Assembly (NCBI RefSeq): GCF_000143415.4
Contig: NW_003314438.1
Coordinates: forward strand, 83,934 to 147,933
Reading direction: 5' to 3'
Length of the DNA stretch: 64,000 nt
DNA from: Selaginella moellendorffii
Taxonomy: Eukaryota; Plantae; Lycopodiophyta
The position numbers were made by a program, and so were the translations under genes. Positions 34,878 through 48,339 of the stretch are shown here, one piece after another. Each line of letters begins with the position of its first letter. The stretch's first letter is position 1. The notes below the pieces were generated by a model. The model was not told the DNA's origin. It saw only the letters and a list, made by a program, of their open reading frames with translations, and ran no database searches.

Positions 34878-35789
34878 GAGATATTTATAATAAATATATT
34901 AAAGGAAAGAATATGAAGAGAGAAGATTAAATATAATTGTAATTTACTAATTAATTAAGATATTTACATGTCATTTAACTATACAATAAAAGAAAATAAA
35001 ATACTGTTAAACTTTTATAAAGCTTTATTTCCAGAGTGTAATTTTCATAAAATCAAATATGCAAATTACACTAATATATTTTTATACTTTAATAAAAATA
35101 ATAAATGATTATAAAATTTAAATCTTATTATTAAAATTAAATTAAATTTCTCAAAAAACTAGAAATATTAAAATATAAGTAATAAAATATAAATATTTAA
35201 GAAAAAGATCTATTAGGGTTCAAAGATAAAATAAATGGCTCAGAAATAAGAGTTTTAAGTGCACCTTATTCTTAACTGGTTAATATTTTTTGGATATTAA
35301 GGTATAAGTGTCTTTAATTTTTAATAACACTAGCCTTGATCATTTGAGATGTTCAAATTATTGTTTTAAAGCTTCTATTTGATGGCTAGTGTAAATAATT
35401 TTTCAAGCACTTTGGATATACTTGGATGATTGGATAACATTATATATTTAGATTTGCATTTAGTAAACTAATTTATTTTAGAGTATTAACAGAGTGCTTT
35501 TGGGAGAGCTATAGCTCATAACTTTCATTCATGAAACAGTGAATTTGCAAGGAACTAAATAAAATAGCTTTAAAAGATACCTATTAGGGTTAAAAAATAT
35601 AGAGTATCAATAAATTTCATATTAAATATTATGTATATATGTATATTATTTAAAAAGAAAAGTATAGGGATTACTTTGAAAAGGAAAAATCCTTTCAAAA
35701 AAGATTTTTGAGGCTAGAATTCATTAGTTTTTTTAGTTATATTAAGATTTTATTAATAAAAGTTTTAAATAAATATCCAGAAGATTGTA

Positions 35790-36850
35790 GCTATCATAAA
35801 AGAATCAAAATTATCAATTATACTTGTTCCAAGCTGTATAGTAATAAATAAATATTAATTGTTAAATTGTTGAAACTAATCTAATAGCAATCAAAAGCCC
35901 ATTATGTTGATAATAATATACAACATCATAGCTATACAATTGGACCTCACATCATCCCCTCCTCTCAGAAGGATGGAAGACAATTAATATTCTTGTATTG
36001 ATAAGCTAAGATTTAAGAGAAAATCATGAGGTGGAATTAGTAAATCTATAGATAATGCAATTTATTTATGAACCCTTTGTATGAAGCATTTCAATTGTTG
36101 CACATGCATAATTTCTAGAGGATTAGTTTGTTGAATGTTATACCAACTCTCATAAATTTACAATTCAATTTGCTAGAACACTTAATATGATGTATCATAA
36201 GATTGGGAAAATAAACAAACACCAAAGCCCCCACTTTATACTCTATAGGAAAGTTGTAATACCATTGTTATCATACTTGTATAGAGCCCAAATGTTCAAC
36301 AAATTTTATTTGAGCCAGTAGAAGAATGTTTGTAAAATATTGATTCAGAATCTAGCATTAACAACGTGGGTGGAAATTATGAAGGCAAACTCAACTTTAA
36401 AAACAATATAAAATTATAATAATATAAGAGTTTTTATGGTAAAACACTAATGTAACTCCCTTTGATATATAGAAATAAGAAAAATATCAAATGACTATTT
36501 CAATTTGAATGTTGAATATTCATTTTGTGATCAACCCCTTGAAGGTCTATACAAACTATTCCACTAAACCATTTATCTGTAGATGAGATGCACTTGCAAA
36601 AGAGTGTAATGTATCCTTAATCAAAATGTCAAAATATGAAATGCCTTAATTATAAACACAAAACCATTATTTGAGAGAGTCTACTCCAAACATATCACAT
36701 CTTTAATCAATATAAAAAGCTGTGCAACTTCTCAATTAAACAGTGATATCTCATATACACACTTAAAATAGGAAAGTTATGGTAAATATATTGAATAAAG
36801 ATTGAAGGCACCAATTGCAAGTGAGTATTAGGAATAGTTTTCACAAAGTA
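35790..36850 (-). mobile_element. Old, heavily C-to-T-mutated inverted relic of the same Ty3 family (integrase end, PPT, LTR)
   Basis: The reverse complement reads GAGAGGAGGGGATGATGTGAGGTCCAATTGTATAGCTATGATGTTGTATA, compared with the young PPT/LTR at 34689. It also reads GAGTATAAAGTGGGGGCTTTGGTG, compared with GAGTACAAAGTGGATGATTTGGTG at 34375. Confidence 0.8.
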
Positions 36851-39800
36851 AAGAAAAGAACTGTTCTTAAGATGATATAAAAAATGTAAATGCTAAAACA
36901 ACAAATCATTAATATGTAATAAAAAATTCTCAAAATCATCATGAAATTTTCAAATCTGTGACTTAACCTTTTGAGTTTTATAAACCCTATCCATAAAAAG
37001 CAAATTTAGTTTTGCATCTTATAGATATTAAACATTAAGCACAACAACCATTGACATCATGAAATCCTTGTCTAGAAAGTCTAAAACTCATTGAGTGATG
37101 AATAATTTTGAAGCTATATATATCTAAAGCTTTAGGGACCATTTAGTAATATCATTAACTAAGTTCTTCTATTTCAATAATAAAGTGGTTGTAACATGAT
37201 CACCCTTTAATAATGTTTGAGATGCAAGTACATACTAAGCTTCTTGAAACCTTAAATTACTAGAATACATTCTTACTCTATCATGAAGTAATTCAGCTTT
37301 ATTGATTATAATACACAATTGATATATGTAATGGCATGACATTGATTAGGCACACTTATGCTCTTTTGCATTAACACACTTTTAAAACCCTTTAAAACTA
37401 ATATTAAAAGCATCCATGCATAACATGAAGGTTCAAGTGTATTTAGTATACATTTAAACTCGAGGAATTATCAGCACTTCTTTAAAATTTGCAAATGCCT
37501 ACTTGTAGTTCTCAAATGAAATGAAAAACAATATTGATAATTTCAACAATGCTTGTACAATCAAAAAGATATTTATATTTATAAACTAATTAATAAATAA
37601 TACTAAACATAATAACACTCATGCAATCATGAAAATAAATTAAAACAAATGCTTAAAATCTCAGATGAGGTCAAGAGATGGTAGATCCTTGTTTTGATCT
37701 ATCTTGTCTCCTTCATGGGATCACCCAATCATCCACTTTGTTCCTCCAATCCTTGAGTTGGATCTGGGCATGGCTTTGTTCGCCAGCAAGCATAGTAAAT
37801 CCCAGCAAGTGCAACAACTAGAGAGAATGCTTTCCCAAAGAAGAAGTTGCAGTGACGTTATTGCTAGAACAATTTGCTCCGCAACATATAAAGTCAGAAC
37901 TCTTGTCTTGGATAGATTGCAGTGACCCAGCAAAATCACACCCTGTGGTTGCCTCTAGAATCTGTGAAACAAAGGATTAATTAAAATCATTCTCTGGAAG
38001 ATTGTCAAAGCTTACTGGGTGAGAGGTGAGAGGCTTTTGCTCTAGAGATGGACCCGGGCTTCTCTTAGACACAGCATCTTGAACGACTGCTAGACCCAAG
38101 CTGTTGAGGAGATTGTTGGTGACAATATCGACGCAGGCAACTCCGACCAATTGTTGGATGGCATCAAAAGCTTGAAATCAAAGTTATAAAACCTGGAAAC
38201 ACTGCTTTCTTGGTTTTCTTTTAACCTAGCAAGATCGAGCTTGTAACATTGCGACCACCTGAATCAGCATACAATAGCACCCACACTGGCTTTCTGTTAA
38301 CACTAGCCAAGCTAAATAGTCCAAGTAGCTGCATATCTTCATGAGAGGATTGGTTCATCTTTTACTGCTTTAAAGCTTATGTTGAGGCTGAATTGCATTC
38401 TCTGGAAAGTTTCATCATTGGAAATGTCGAAACCAACCCTGTACACAAAAGTACCACAACATTTTTCTCGTTAAGCTGCTTGAAGATTGGATCCAAATCC
38501 GTCAGTTTGACATGGTTGGCAAATTGGCCATCTGTTAAGAGGGGAAAACTGGATTAACCAGCTATAAAATAAACAGGTTCATGATTAACATTTACTTATA
38601 AAGATCATATATAATTACCTACAAAAATCCCCATTCTTCATATCTTCTACTGTGGTCTTACTTTGTAAATCAACATCTGGAAGATTCCTTCAAAAACTTT
38701 TTGTGGATTATTGTCACTTTTTCAATGGTTTTATAGAGAGATAAAACATTATGATCAACTAACTCTCTTACACCTTTGAATGGATAAGTTGGATCACAGG
38801 TGTCATGACAAATCCTTAAAATGTACGCAAAACATAAAAAATTTATAAAGATATTGTGAACTTCTATCTCTTGCTCCCCTCTCTTGCTCTTTAAGTATAT
38901 TTGTGAAAGACCTAGCCCATTCTTATCTAGAAGCCACTGCACTTTCCCTAAAACCTCTCTATTCATCTATGAAACTTACTCTTGTTTTTGGAATCATTGT
39001 AAAAAAGAAATATAAAACTTTTCATTTTCAAAGACAATCTTCAATAAAACAGAACATTTTTTTCAAATGTTGCTGCCTGCAACACAACTTGACAACTTCA
39101 CTCCAGTCCAATTTAAAATCAATCTACCAAGCGTTATTAGATTTTAACTTCAGGACCTCCATACTACGTGTAGTTTCTTTGTAGGCTGGATGGAAGCATC
39201 ACAACTTAGCCGTGTCAAGGATAGATAGCTCGACCAAACCGATATTTCTTCAATCTACGTCTAGGAATTCCAAAGTAATCTCGAAAAGTATACGAGCCAC
39301 CAGGAAGGCGCGAAGAGAATCTTCTCGTCATAGCTGAAATTAGGGTTTACATGAAAGCCGGACTCCATGATGCGGTTGTGGCCGGCGCAGTGAGTTTTCA
39401 AATCAATCGATTCACTGAAAACTCTTCTGTTGATCAACCAAACTGATGAAGCGCGCCACCCCAATCTCCAATGCAGCATGGAGATTGCAAGTCAGGGGAT
39501 TGCAATAGCCTTGCGCTTCGGCCTATGGATATAGAATTGTTTTGCTTAGATCGAGAGGGTTGCAATTCAATATCCAGATATGGTCACTGGATCACCGCAT
39601 AGCCTCCTCTTTGTTTCGATGCCTCTGGCCAGTTCTATGGCTGCGCTGCAAGCCCCTGAGCAAAGGAGAGAACGTCAGGGTGATCTTGGGTTTCGCTGAG
39701 CATCGCATTTGCTAGCAAGTTCGATGGTGATAAAGGCATCACTTTCCTGGGGGATTTGATGGCTTTCCTGGCGGCTGTTGCGTTTATGGGCTACATGTTT

Positions 39801-40966
39801 GCTGGGAACAATCTGATAAGTGAAGCTCTAGACTTATCGTTCTCTTTTTCTTTGCAAACTTGGATGAAATGTTGGATTTCATTGTTTATGTGGGTATTGT
39901 TTGTTATCTCTATGCCTTCCCAGTAACGGCTGGAGGAGCTCTCATTCTGGGTCGCTTGTGACTTTATGGAGAACTACCATTCCAGATCCTGGAAGATTGG
40001 TGGACCTTTTGCATGGACAAAGCGAGGTTAAAGGATATAGTTGCTTAAAATTGACAAAGGAGTTACTTGCAGATTTTTGGGCTCCAAGTTGTCAAGTACA
40101 AGGGGTCTTTGATCATTTCTATGGTTGTCACACTAGAACCTGTGATCAGATCTCTCATCGGCTGGGCGATTCACGCCTGGTACAAGCAAAGTAATTGCAT
40201 AATCTATAAAGCAACTAAGACAGGTTTATTGCTTTCCTCTGCTGCAACTTGAAAGATCTTCATCTGGATAAATGCAAACTTATCAATGACGATGCTATTA
40301 CAGCTCCGCGATCGATGAGCTCCCTTCGAGTGCTCAACCTGCCGGCTGTCCAATCTCTGGCGCAACACTAGAGACGATCTAGCGAGTACGTTTTTGGGGT
40401 TTTCTCGTACCTATACCAAACGGTTTCTTCTTTCCAGGAACAAGTATCAAGGTGATGTGTGTTAGTGGTTCCAGAAACACTGCACAATAATCACAAAGTC
40501 TGTCAAGCAGACTTATCCAAGGCTTCCACATATACGATTGGTAAATTACATCTACCGAGGTATGGCTACAATAACATTTTTATTTCTATAGTATTTCTTT
40601 GCCCGGAGTATTAGTTGGGAGCATTCGTTTACTACCGCCTGTACTCAGATTTTGCATTTGCGCTTACAGCCATGTTGATTGATAAGCAAGTACAATAACT
40701 ATCGACTTTGGTTCGCAAGCACTGGAAAATCGTCGTAAAGATTCTTCTCTCAAGCTACAACGCTTCTTTCATATCGCTTTTAGCGCTCTGAAATGGATTT
40801 GTTTCTCTTTTACCAGCTTACTCAACGGCTCACGAGTCTTTACCATAGCCTCTTCTATTAGTTGGTGTGATCTCTCGAGAATTCCATAGCTTCACCATTG
40901 GAAACGGTGGCGAAAGCTTGACAACCGTATACTCTTTCGACTTGGCAGTAGAGAAAGAAAGAAGAT

Positions 40967-41753
40967 CTAGCTCAAGAGGTCGTAGTCATCCAGGCGATCG
41001 TTGTACTGGAGCACCTTCCTCTTGATCTTGGAAGTGTCAACCCATGTCACAAAGTCTTCCATGTTTCTCGTCACCAGGAACGCTGGATCTGTGATTGTGT
41101 CTGGTCCTACTCTAATGTCTGTGAGATCATCACTGTCAAGGGAAAAAAAAGTTTGATTTTGCTCGTAAAGAAGAAAAGGATACGCCCTTGCTCCACGAAC
41201 GTCACAGCGTCCTTGAGATTCTCGGCAAAGTGGAGCTTCATTAGCACCACTGCCAATCTCCTCCTGAGAGAAAACGAGAGGATCAAAAAGTTCTATCTCA
41301 GTCCGGATGGAAGATGGATTTTTTACCTGCAAATCGCTGAAGCAGCGAGACTCTCGCACTGAGCCAAGCTCTTTTTGGTCGGGATGATTCCCATGTTATA
41401 CCTGGAAGAGCTCTACTCTAAGCAGCGAGAAAAAAAGAAAGAGAAATTTCCTTACAATTTGTCTAGCAGCTGATCGGTCATTTGTATCCGGAATGGATCT
41501 TTGGGATCGAGCTTCTTGAGAATGCTGGTGAGCTTGGAAACCATTCCACAGATCCTGTTATAGCTGGAAAACCAGGGAAATCGAATCAGCGCTCGCGAGA
41601 AAACTATGGTGTTACTCACTGCTTGTAATCGTCGCGGCCGGTGACTCGGTAGCGCTGCATCACCTGGACCTCCCGCGAGTTCCTCTCGCGCTTCCATTCC
41701 AAGAAATTCACCTTCTTGAGCAGCCGCTGCTCGTGAAATTTGAGCTTCCTCAT
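40967..41753 (-). CDS. IMP3: U3 snoRNP protein IMP3 (S4 family), 5 exons
   Basis: Spliced [23 protein letters not shown]...RDDY...[19 protein letters not shown]...RRLAVV...[49 protein letters not shown]. Confidence 0.96.
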
Positions 41754-41823
41754 CGCGCTCTCAAGAACCCTAACAAAACCCTAGCCCTAATTCTTGGAGG
41801 GGATGCGATCGAGGTGAGAGTGG
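41754..41823. promoter_or_regulatory. Bidirectional promoter with telo-boxes
   Basis: 70 bp between divergent start codons, containing AACCCTAA, AAACCCTAG and CCCTAA. Confidence 0.6.
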
Positions 41824-43281
41824 ATGATATCTCCTGTCTCTAGCTTGCGAGTCTCTCGATTCACAGGCGCTGGCTCCTTTCTCGGCCGCTTGCGCGGCAT
41901 TAGAAAGACACATTCCTGGGGCTCCGACGAGGAACTGGCAATGGAGGTCGATGTGGACGATGAATCCCTGGAAATGCCGGAGCTAGATTTTCCACCTCCG
42001 GGGCGCAGGAATCCAAGGAAGCAATCCGGGAAGAAGTCTCTCTCCAAATCCAAGATGAAGAAGCTGCTCAAGCAAGAGCTCGAGAAGGAGAGAAAGTCCA
42101 ACGTTTTCCACTCTTTCTCGGCCTTCTACGAAGAACAGTATGGAAGCGCGCGGTGGAGCTCTCTGATGGCGTGCCTCCTGTCAAAGCCCCGTGTTGCATG
42201 CCTCGTCAACAAGTACTGCAACGAGTCCAGCGTTCCTCCATCGCCAAATTCCACTCGAGTTCCATTCCTCAGGCTTCCGGTCTACGAATCCAGCGCGCTC
42301 TTCCCTCATCCCGAGCGTGACACCCACAACGTCTTCGACTACTACCTCATGGATGCCGCGTCTGTGCTCGTCACCGAGGCTCTGGATCTCGAGGTGGGCG
42401 ACAAAGTCTTGGATTTGTGTGCTGCTCCCGGAGGAAAAACTCTGGGAATTCTGCAGCAGCTGGATCTCCTCCAAGGCTCGCTGGTAGCAAACGAGCCATC
42501 GCCAACAAGGAGCAAGCGACTGTCGAAGGTACACACTGCATGTTTTTGTTTTTGTTCTTCCACTTTGTTTGCTTTGAACTGATCAAAGTTTCAGCTTTGC
42601 AGGTCATCTCCGAGTACGTGCCGGCAAATCTACGGACTTCCATTCGCGTCACCCGTCGCAATGGTATCAAATGGATGGAGCATGATCTCTATGACAAGGT
42701 GCACCGTTTTCTCACGCTAGCTGGGAATATGATCAACGTGTTCACGGGGTATTTGTTTGTAGGTGCTGGTGGACGCACCTTGTTCCTCCGAGCGACACTT
42801 GCTACACGACCCAAAGGAGCTCGGGACATGGACGCCCCGACGCACGGAGAATTGCGCAAAGCGGCAGCTCGCGCTCTTGTTTGCGGCTCTACGAGCTGCC
42901 AAGCTCTATGGTAGGATTGTCTACTCGACGTGCTCCCTAAGTCAGCTAGAGAATGACTGTGTGATCTCAAAGGTGAGCACTGAGGCCATTGTTTATACTT
43001 TTTTCTCGTTGTTCCAGCTTTAACCTTTGGCTTGACAGGCACTAGAGAAAGGCAAGCTTGACTTCGAGATCATCCAAAAGCAGTGGCCGGTGGGAGAAAG
43101 GACGGAGCACGGCTGGATCATTCTCCCTGACGTTTCTCAAGGATGGGGTCCAATCTACATTGCGGTGCTCAAGAAGCTTAGCACGAAGCTGGAACTTTTC
43201 GAGGAGTGTGTCGAGGATCTAGAAGAGCTCCAAGACACCGACGGGGAGCCACTGCTGCTATTGCCAGGACCAGAGAGCTAG
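41824..43281 (+). CDS. NOL1/NOP2/Sun (RsmB) family RNA m5C methyltransferase, NSUN3/4-like, 4 exons
   Basis: YYLMDAAS...VLDLCAAPGGKT, YDKVLVDAPCS (motif IV PC), IVYSTCSL..LEN (motif VI TC), GWGPIYIAVLKK. Confidence 0.9.
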
Positions 43282-44379
43282 CTAGCTAGCTCATCACAAG
43301 CCGTAAGTAGAGTTCCACAAAACTTCTGCTTCTTGTCAACGGAACACTCTCGAACTTTGGTGAGCAAAGCTTGATTTGATAGCAGCGAAGACTTTAAGAT
43401 TCTTAACTTCGCTCTCAAGTTCCAGGATCTTTCTGCTCCCCCGCCGGCTTTCGATTCCATCAGGAATCATCAGAGTTCGCTGTGCAACAATCACGCGCTC
43501 AAAAGCGTCAAACCCGTGACAAAGGGAAGACAAAGAGGAGAGAAAACTGTTGTTTGGAGCTCTCCTCTTCGCTGAAAAGGAGATCAAACGACCTCTCTTT
43601 GTCAAAGTAAGTCGGGAATAATCTTCCATCACATCATCTTGCTGACCACTAAACTTTAGAACATTTTTGTAGCTTTGCGCCATAGCCACAGCGATTTGCA
43701 AGCACACAGCGCTCGAAAGGCCAAGAGGAAAAAAAAATTAACGTGGCTACAAAGTGGAAGAAAGAGGGGAGGGTCTCCATCTCCATTTGCTGATCGCCCA
43801 CTATTGGCGACTGTGCCACGCGTCAGCCCAGCAAGGGTGTGCTCACATGGGCCAACCACATGGCTCCACGTAGTCCCTTGGACGGCCGGCAGTGGGCCAG
43901 CAAGCGCCGACATGTCATGCAGCGGTCCGGTAGCCAGGACCTCGTCCGGCGAATAATCCGGGCAAGTGACGTGGCGGGCTGTGGGCCGCAGGATTAGATT
44001 CGAGCCCTCTCTGCCGTTAAGAGGATTAAAAGAAAGAGATTTGATGCTCCAGAGCATAGATTTTGAGGCTTGGGCGAGGTCCACTCTAGGGTTTTGGGAT
44101 TCGAGCACGCGAATGGGGGCGAGCCAGGAGGCGCCTGGCGATGGAGCAGTGGAGATCGCGGTCAGGCTGATGCTGGTGAGAGAGAGATAATCTTCCCTTC
44201 GACAGCAGGCTTTCGTCGTTTCCATTGCGTGTCTGGGATTTGCCCCGAATTGCGGCTTGTTTGCTTGCGTCCATCGCTCGTAGCTTTCGTACTGATCGAA
44301 ATATCGATGTGTGTGGTGTTGGCGCAGATGAGCAGTCCTAGTCCTAGTCCTACGTGAGCGGGCGTTGCGCCGAAAAACA

Positions 44380-47239
44380 ATGTTTCTCTCCTCGTCGACG
44401 GATTTGCTGGAACGTAGATCGAAGAAGAGGCAAGATTTCAGCTTCTTGAAGGGATCGGCGGGGGGATCCGTCATGCCGGCTGATGACGAAGATGACAGTG
44501 GCAATGCGGCGAATGTGGGAAACGGTGACAGGCCAGAGCTTCTCCTGGACGGCACTAGCGACGAGAAAGCTCTTCCAAACGGGGATCGCTATGTAGGGGC
44601 TCTGGTAGGAAACCTTCCAGAGGGGAGAGGGAAGTACGTATGGGCGAACGGCTCCTGGTACGAGGGGCAGTGGGAGAAAGGGAAGAAGTCGGGTCGTGGG
44701 AAGTTCGTGTGGCCGTCCGGGGCGTTCTACGAGGGGGAGTTTGCCGGGGGATTCATGCAAGGACTCGGGAACTTTCGTGCTCCCAATGGTGCCGTCTACA
44801 AGGGGAACTGGAGCATGAACTTGAAGCACGGTCTCGGACGGCTCCGCTATGCCAACGGTGACAAGTATGAGGGCGCCTGGAAGCACGGCTTGCAAGATGG
44901 TTTCGGGAAGTACGTGTGGACGAACAAGAACGTCTACGTTGGGGACTGGAAGGCTGGTGTGATGACCGGAAAGGGAGTTCTAAGGTGGGGGATGGGCGAT
45001 GCCTTCAATGGGGAGTGGCTGAATGGGATGGAGCATGGCCGTGGAGTTTACTACTGGGCGGATGGAAGTATTTTCGTGGGAACCTGGAGCCGGGGACTGA
45101 AAGACGGCAAGGGAGTTTTCTATCCCGCTGGGACGCTGCCGTTGGACATGAGCACGCGAGAGAACCTCATGCTCAACAAAGTGGAGGAGTATCTCGCAAC
45201 CGGGATTGCCAAGGACTGGACGTCGGTGGGATCGTGGAAGAATGGGAGGAGGGAGCTGGATTCGAGGTTCATTACGAGCAGTGGCTCGGGAAATCTGGAT
45301 CAGCAGATCAAGAAGAATGTGTGGCTGGGCAGACGGTGGAGTTTAGAAGGGCCTTTGGAAAGGGTGCTGGGCCTCGAGTCGTTCTTCATAGGCGGGGAAG
45401 CGATCTTAGAGGAAGAGAAAGATGACGTTCCGGAAGTTGCTCCCATTCTGGAGAGGGAGTACGCGCAAGGTGTTCTTATCAATGAGATTGTGAAGCAGCC
45501 GATAGGAAGTGTGTTGTCAAAGAGCTCCAGGAGAAAACGCCGACGCCAACCAAGGGAGCCGAAAAGACCGGGTGAAACGATCTTCAAAGGACACAGAAGT
45601 TATGATCTCATGCTTACTTTGCAAATAGGCATCAGGTAATGCGGCTGGATTTTCTGTGCTTGTTCATACGATCTTAAGTTTTAGTTTTGCTTGTCAGGTA
45701 CACGGTTGGAAAGGTAACTCCAGAGCCATGTAACAACATCGGTCCTCTGGATTTTGGCTCAAAGGCTTCCGTGAGAATGAAGTTTCCAAAGATGGGATCA
45801 CAAGTAACTCCTTGTCATAGAACGGTCGATTTCGCGTGGAAGGACTACTGTCCAAGAGTTTTCAAGTAAGCAGATGCATTGCTGATGTTTGATCTAGCCT
45901 GCTCTGTTTCTAAATTTTGCAGACGATTGCGGGAAATGTTTAAGATCGATGCAGCCGACTACATGCTCTCTATTTGCGGTAATTCTGCACTAAGAGAGCT
46001 TCCATCCCCGGGAAAGAGTGGCAGCGTGTTCTTTTTGTCCAACGACGATCGTTTTATGATCAAGACTATGCGCAAGTCAGAAGTGAAGGTACATACGTAG
46101 CTAGCTGGCTGCCTTTTATCAGTTTTTCATGTCTTCGACAGGTGTTGCTGAGAATGCTTCGAAGCTATTACAATCACGTAAGCTCGTACGACAATACATT
46201 GATTACAAAGTTTTTCGGCCTGCATCGTGTGAAGCCTCAGGGTGGGCAGAAGGTAGTTGTCAGAAAGTGATTTGACATGGAGCAATTTCAACGTATTTGT
46301 TACAGGTCCGGTTCGTAGTCATGGGAAACATGTTTTGCACGGACTTGAGGATACACCGCCGATATGATTTGAAAGGATCGCTTCAAGGACGTTGCACTGG
46401 CGAGGCCGACATCGATGAGAACACCACGTTGAAAGACTTGGATTTGGACTACGTCTTCCATCTGGAACCAAGTTGGCGCGACGCTTTGATAAAGTAAGTT
46501 TCCTTCTCATTCTTTATGGGAGTTCGTTCTGACATTTTCCTTAAACTGATGAAGGCAGATAGCCTCTGATTGCAAGTTCCTCGAGTCTCAACATATAATG
46601 GATTACAGCCTCCTGTTGGGGCTTCACTTTCGAGCGCCACACTTTTATCAACCTTCCAAAGGAACCATTCCCGATGGTGGTAAGAGCAAAGCTTGCTTTA
46701 CGATAGTCTAAGCCTTGTTTTCCAGAGGAGGAGTGGACGCCTGCTAGGAGTCTAGTACTTGTTCCACGGGATCAAGGAAAGAGAACCATGAGCTCCCACA
46801 TACGAGGAAAGCCTCTTACAGCCGCTGGAATCGCCGAAGCCGATGACAATGCAGAGGTTGATTTGCTTCTGCCAGGAACTGCTCGGTAAGAGTATCCCTG
46901 CAAGTTTGGATTTTGATCTTGACAACCATGGAGTTGATTCCTCACAGGCTGCAAATCCAGCTGGGAGTAAACATGCCCGCTCGAGCCGATCGAAAGCCTC
47001 GAAAAAAGGAGGAGAACAACGACGAGGAAGAATCGCTGGACGAGGTGCACGACGTGGTTCTCTACCTGGGCGTGATTGACATCCTCCAGGAATACGACGT
47101 GGGCAAGAGGATCGAGCACGCGTACAAATCGCTCCAGTTTGATCCAGTGTCGATATCAGCGATCGAGCCCGCTAGTTACTCACAGCGCTTCCAAGACTTT
47201 GTTTGTAAGATATTTCCAAGCAACGATTCGAATGGCTAG
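44380..47239 (+). CDS. PIP5K: MORN-repeat phosphatidylinositol-4-phosphate 5-kinase, multi-exon
   Basis: MORN repeats ([18 protein letters not shown]), [75 protein letters not shown]. Confidence 0.97.
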
Positions 47240-48339
47240 ATAGGGTTCTCCGTTTACTGAGAATTAGGGTTCTTCGTTTGTAATAGGGGCGGGATGGGCG
47301 CGACAGAGCGATGGATGGCGCAAAAGAGATGTGAGTCGCTCCACAATCCTATTTTCTCTCTCGCTCTCGCACATTTCCATCGCAATCACGCCAGTTAGTG
47401 CTCTGCGCATCGAGCTTTGTTTCTTTCGCTTCCATTTTTATTTTATTTTTTTGCTTTCTTTTCATGTTGATGGAGGTCAGATCAAGATTGTAGGGCACAG
47501 CTGACAGAGGGAAATAAAAAAGAGAGAATGAACGCGCATGCTTCGTCTTCTACCACTTGCTCGATTCATCCATCCATCCATCCTCGTCCTTTTTTTTTCT
47601 TTCTTTTTTTTCTTCCTCTTTTTATTAGGCGCGTTCTTAAGCACATATGCCAACATTTCTCTTTTTACTTTGTAGCTAGTCTCTTTTGTTTCGCAAATAT
47701 CTTCCCTCTGCGGCCTCTGGCACAAGTTATCCCAAAGGTTTTGAGTCGACTTTCTTTGCTTTGTTTCTTCTTTTTTTTTCTTTCTTGTTCCTGGCTGGCC
47801 GCTGGCATGAACTGTGAATCGGTGGATTCTTGCTTTAAAGCTCATTGCCAAGTGCCAGAGACGCCACCCTCTCGAATCATATTAACCCAGATCCATGAGC
47901 ACGAAGTAGCGAAGCATGATTTGGTTAACTTGGTGGAATTGATTACAATGGAGCCTTTTGCAGATTCCAGATGGCTACGCGTGAGCCTCCAAGTAGACAG
48001 TGAGACGGGACGCTGCAAGTTTGTCTCTTATATATCCAATGCGCGCCCTTTACAGTGGCTGACTTACAAACCATGCAACTTTGCGAATGGGAGGAGGGAA
48101 ATATCATCAATGATCGCTCGAGCTTTTGAGCTCGGCGTCATGGTTAGCTGCCGTGTCACTTCACAGCGAGCTGTGCATACCGGAGTCCTCACTGTTGTTT
48201 GAGGTATCAAGGTTCAAGCATCCCCATCAGGAATGGCTGCTCGTGTCAATTCTTCTTAAGGCTGAGAGGAGAAGGACTTGGTTTCAAGCAGCGACTTCCA
48301 TCGTTCAATGTTGTGAGGCTCTTCCTCCTCCTTTCAAGG

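Noticed and set aside
37650-40900. Possible genes with exon-like patches
   Set aside because: No consistent spliced frame or recognisable motif could be built; probably pseudogenic.
43278-44555. Minus-strand ORFs (299 aa and others) upstream of PIP5K
   Set aside because: No domain signal. They overlap a G-box-rich promoter/5' UTR and the PIP5K start.
47528-48202. 224-aa ORF upstream of SOSEKI
   Set aside because: Dominated by T-rich low-complexity sequence, likely 5' UTR or intron.
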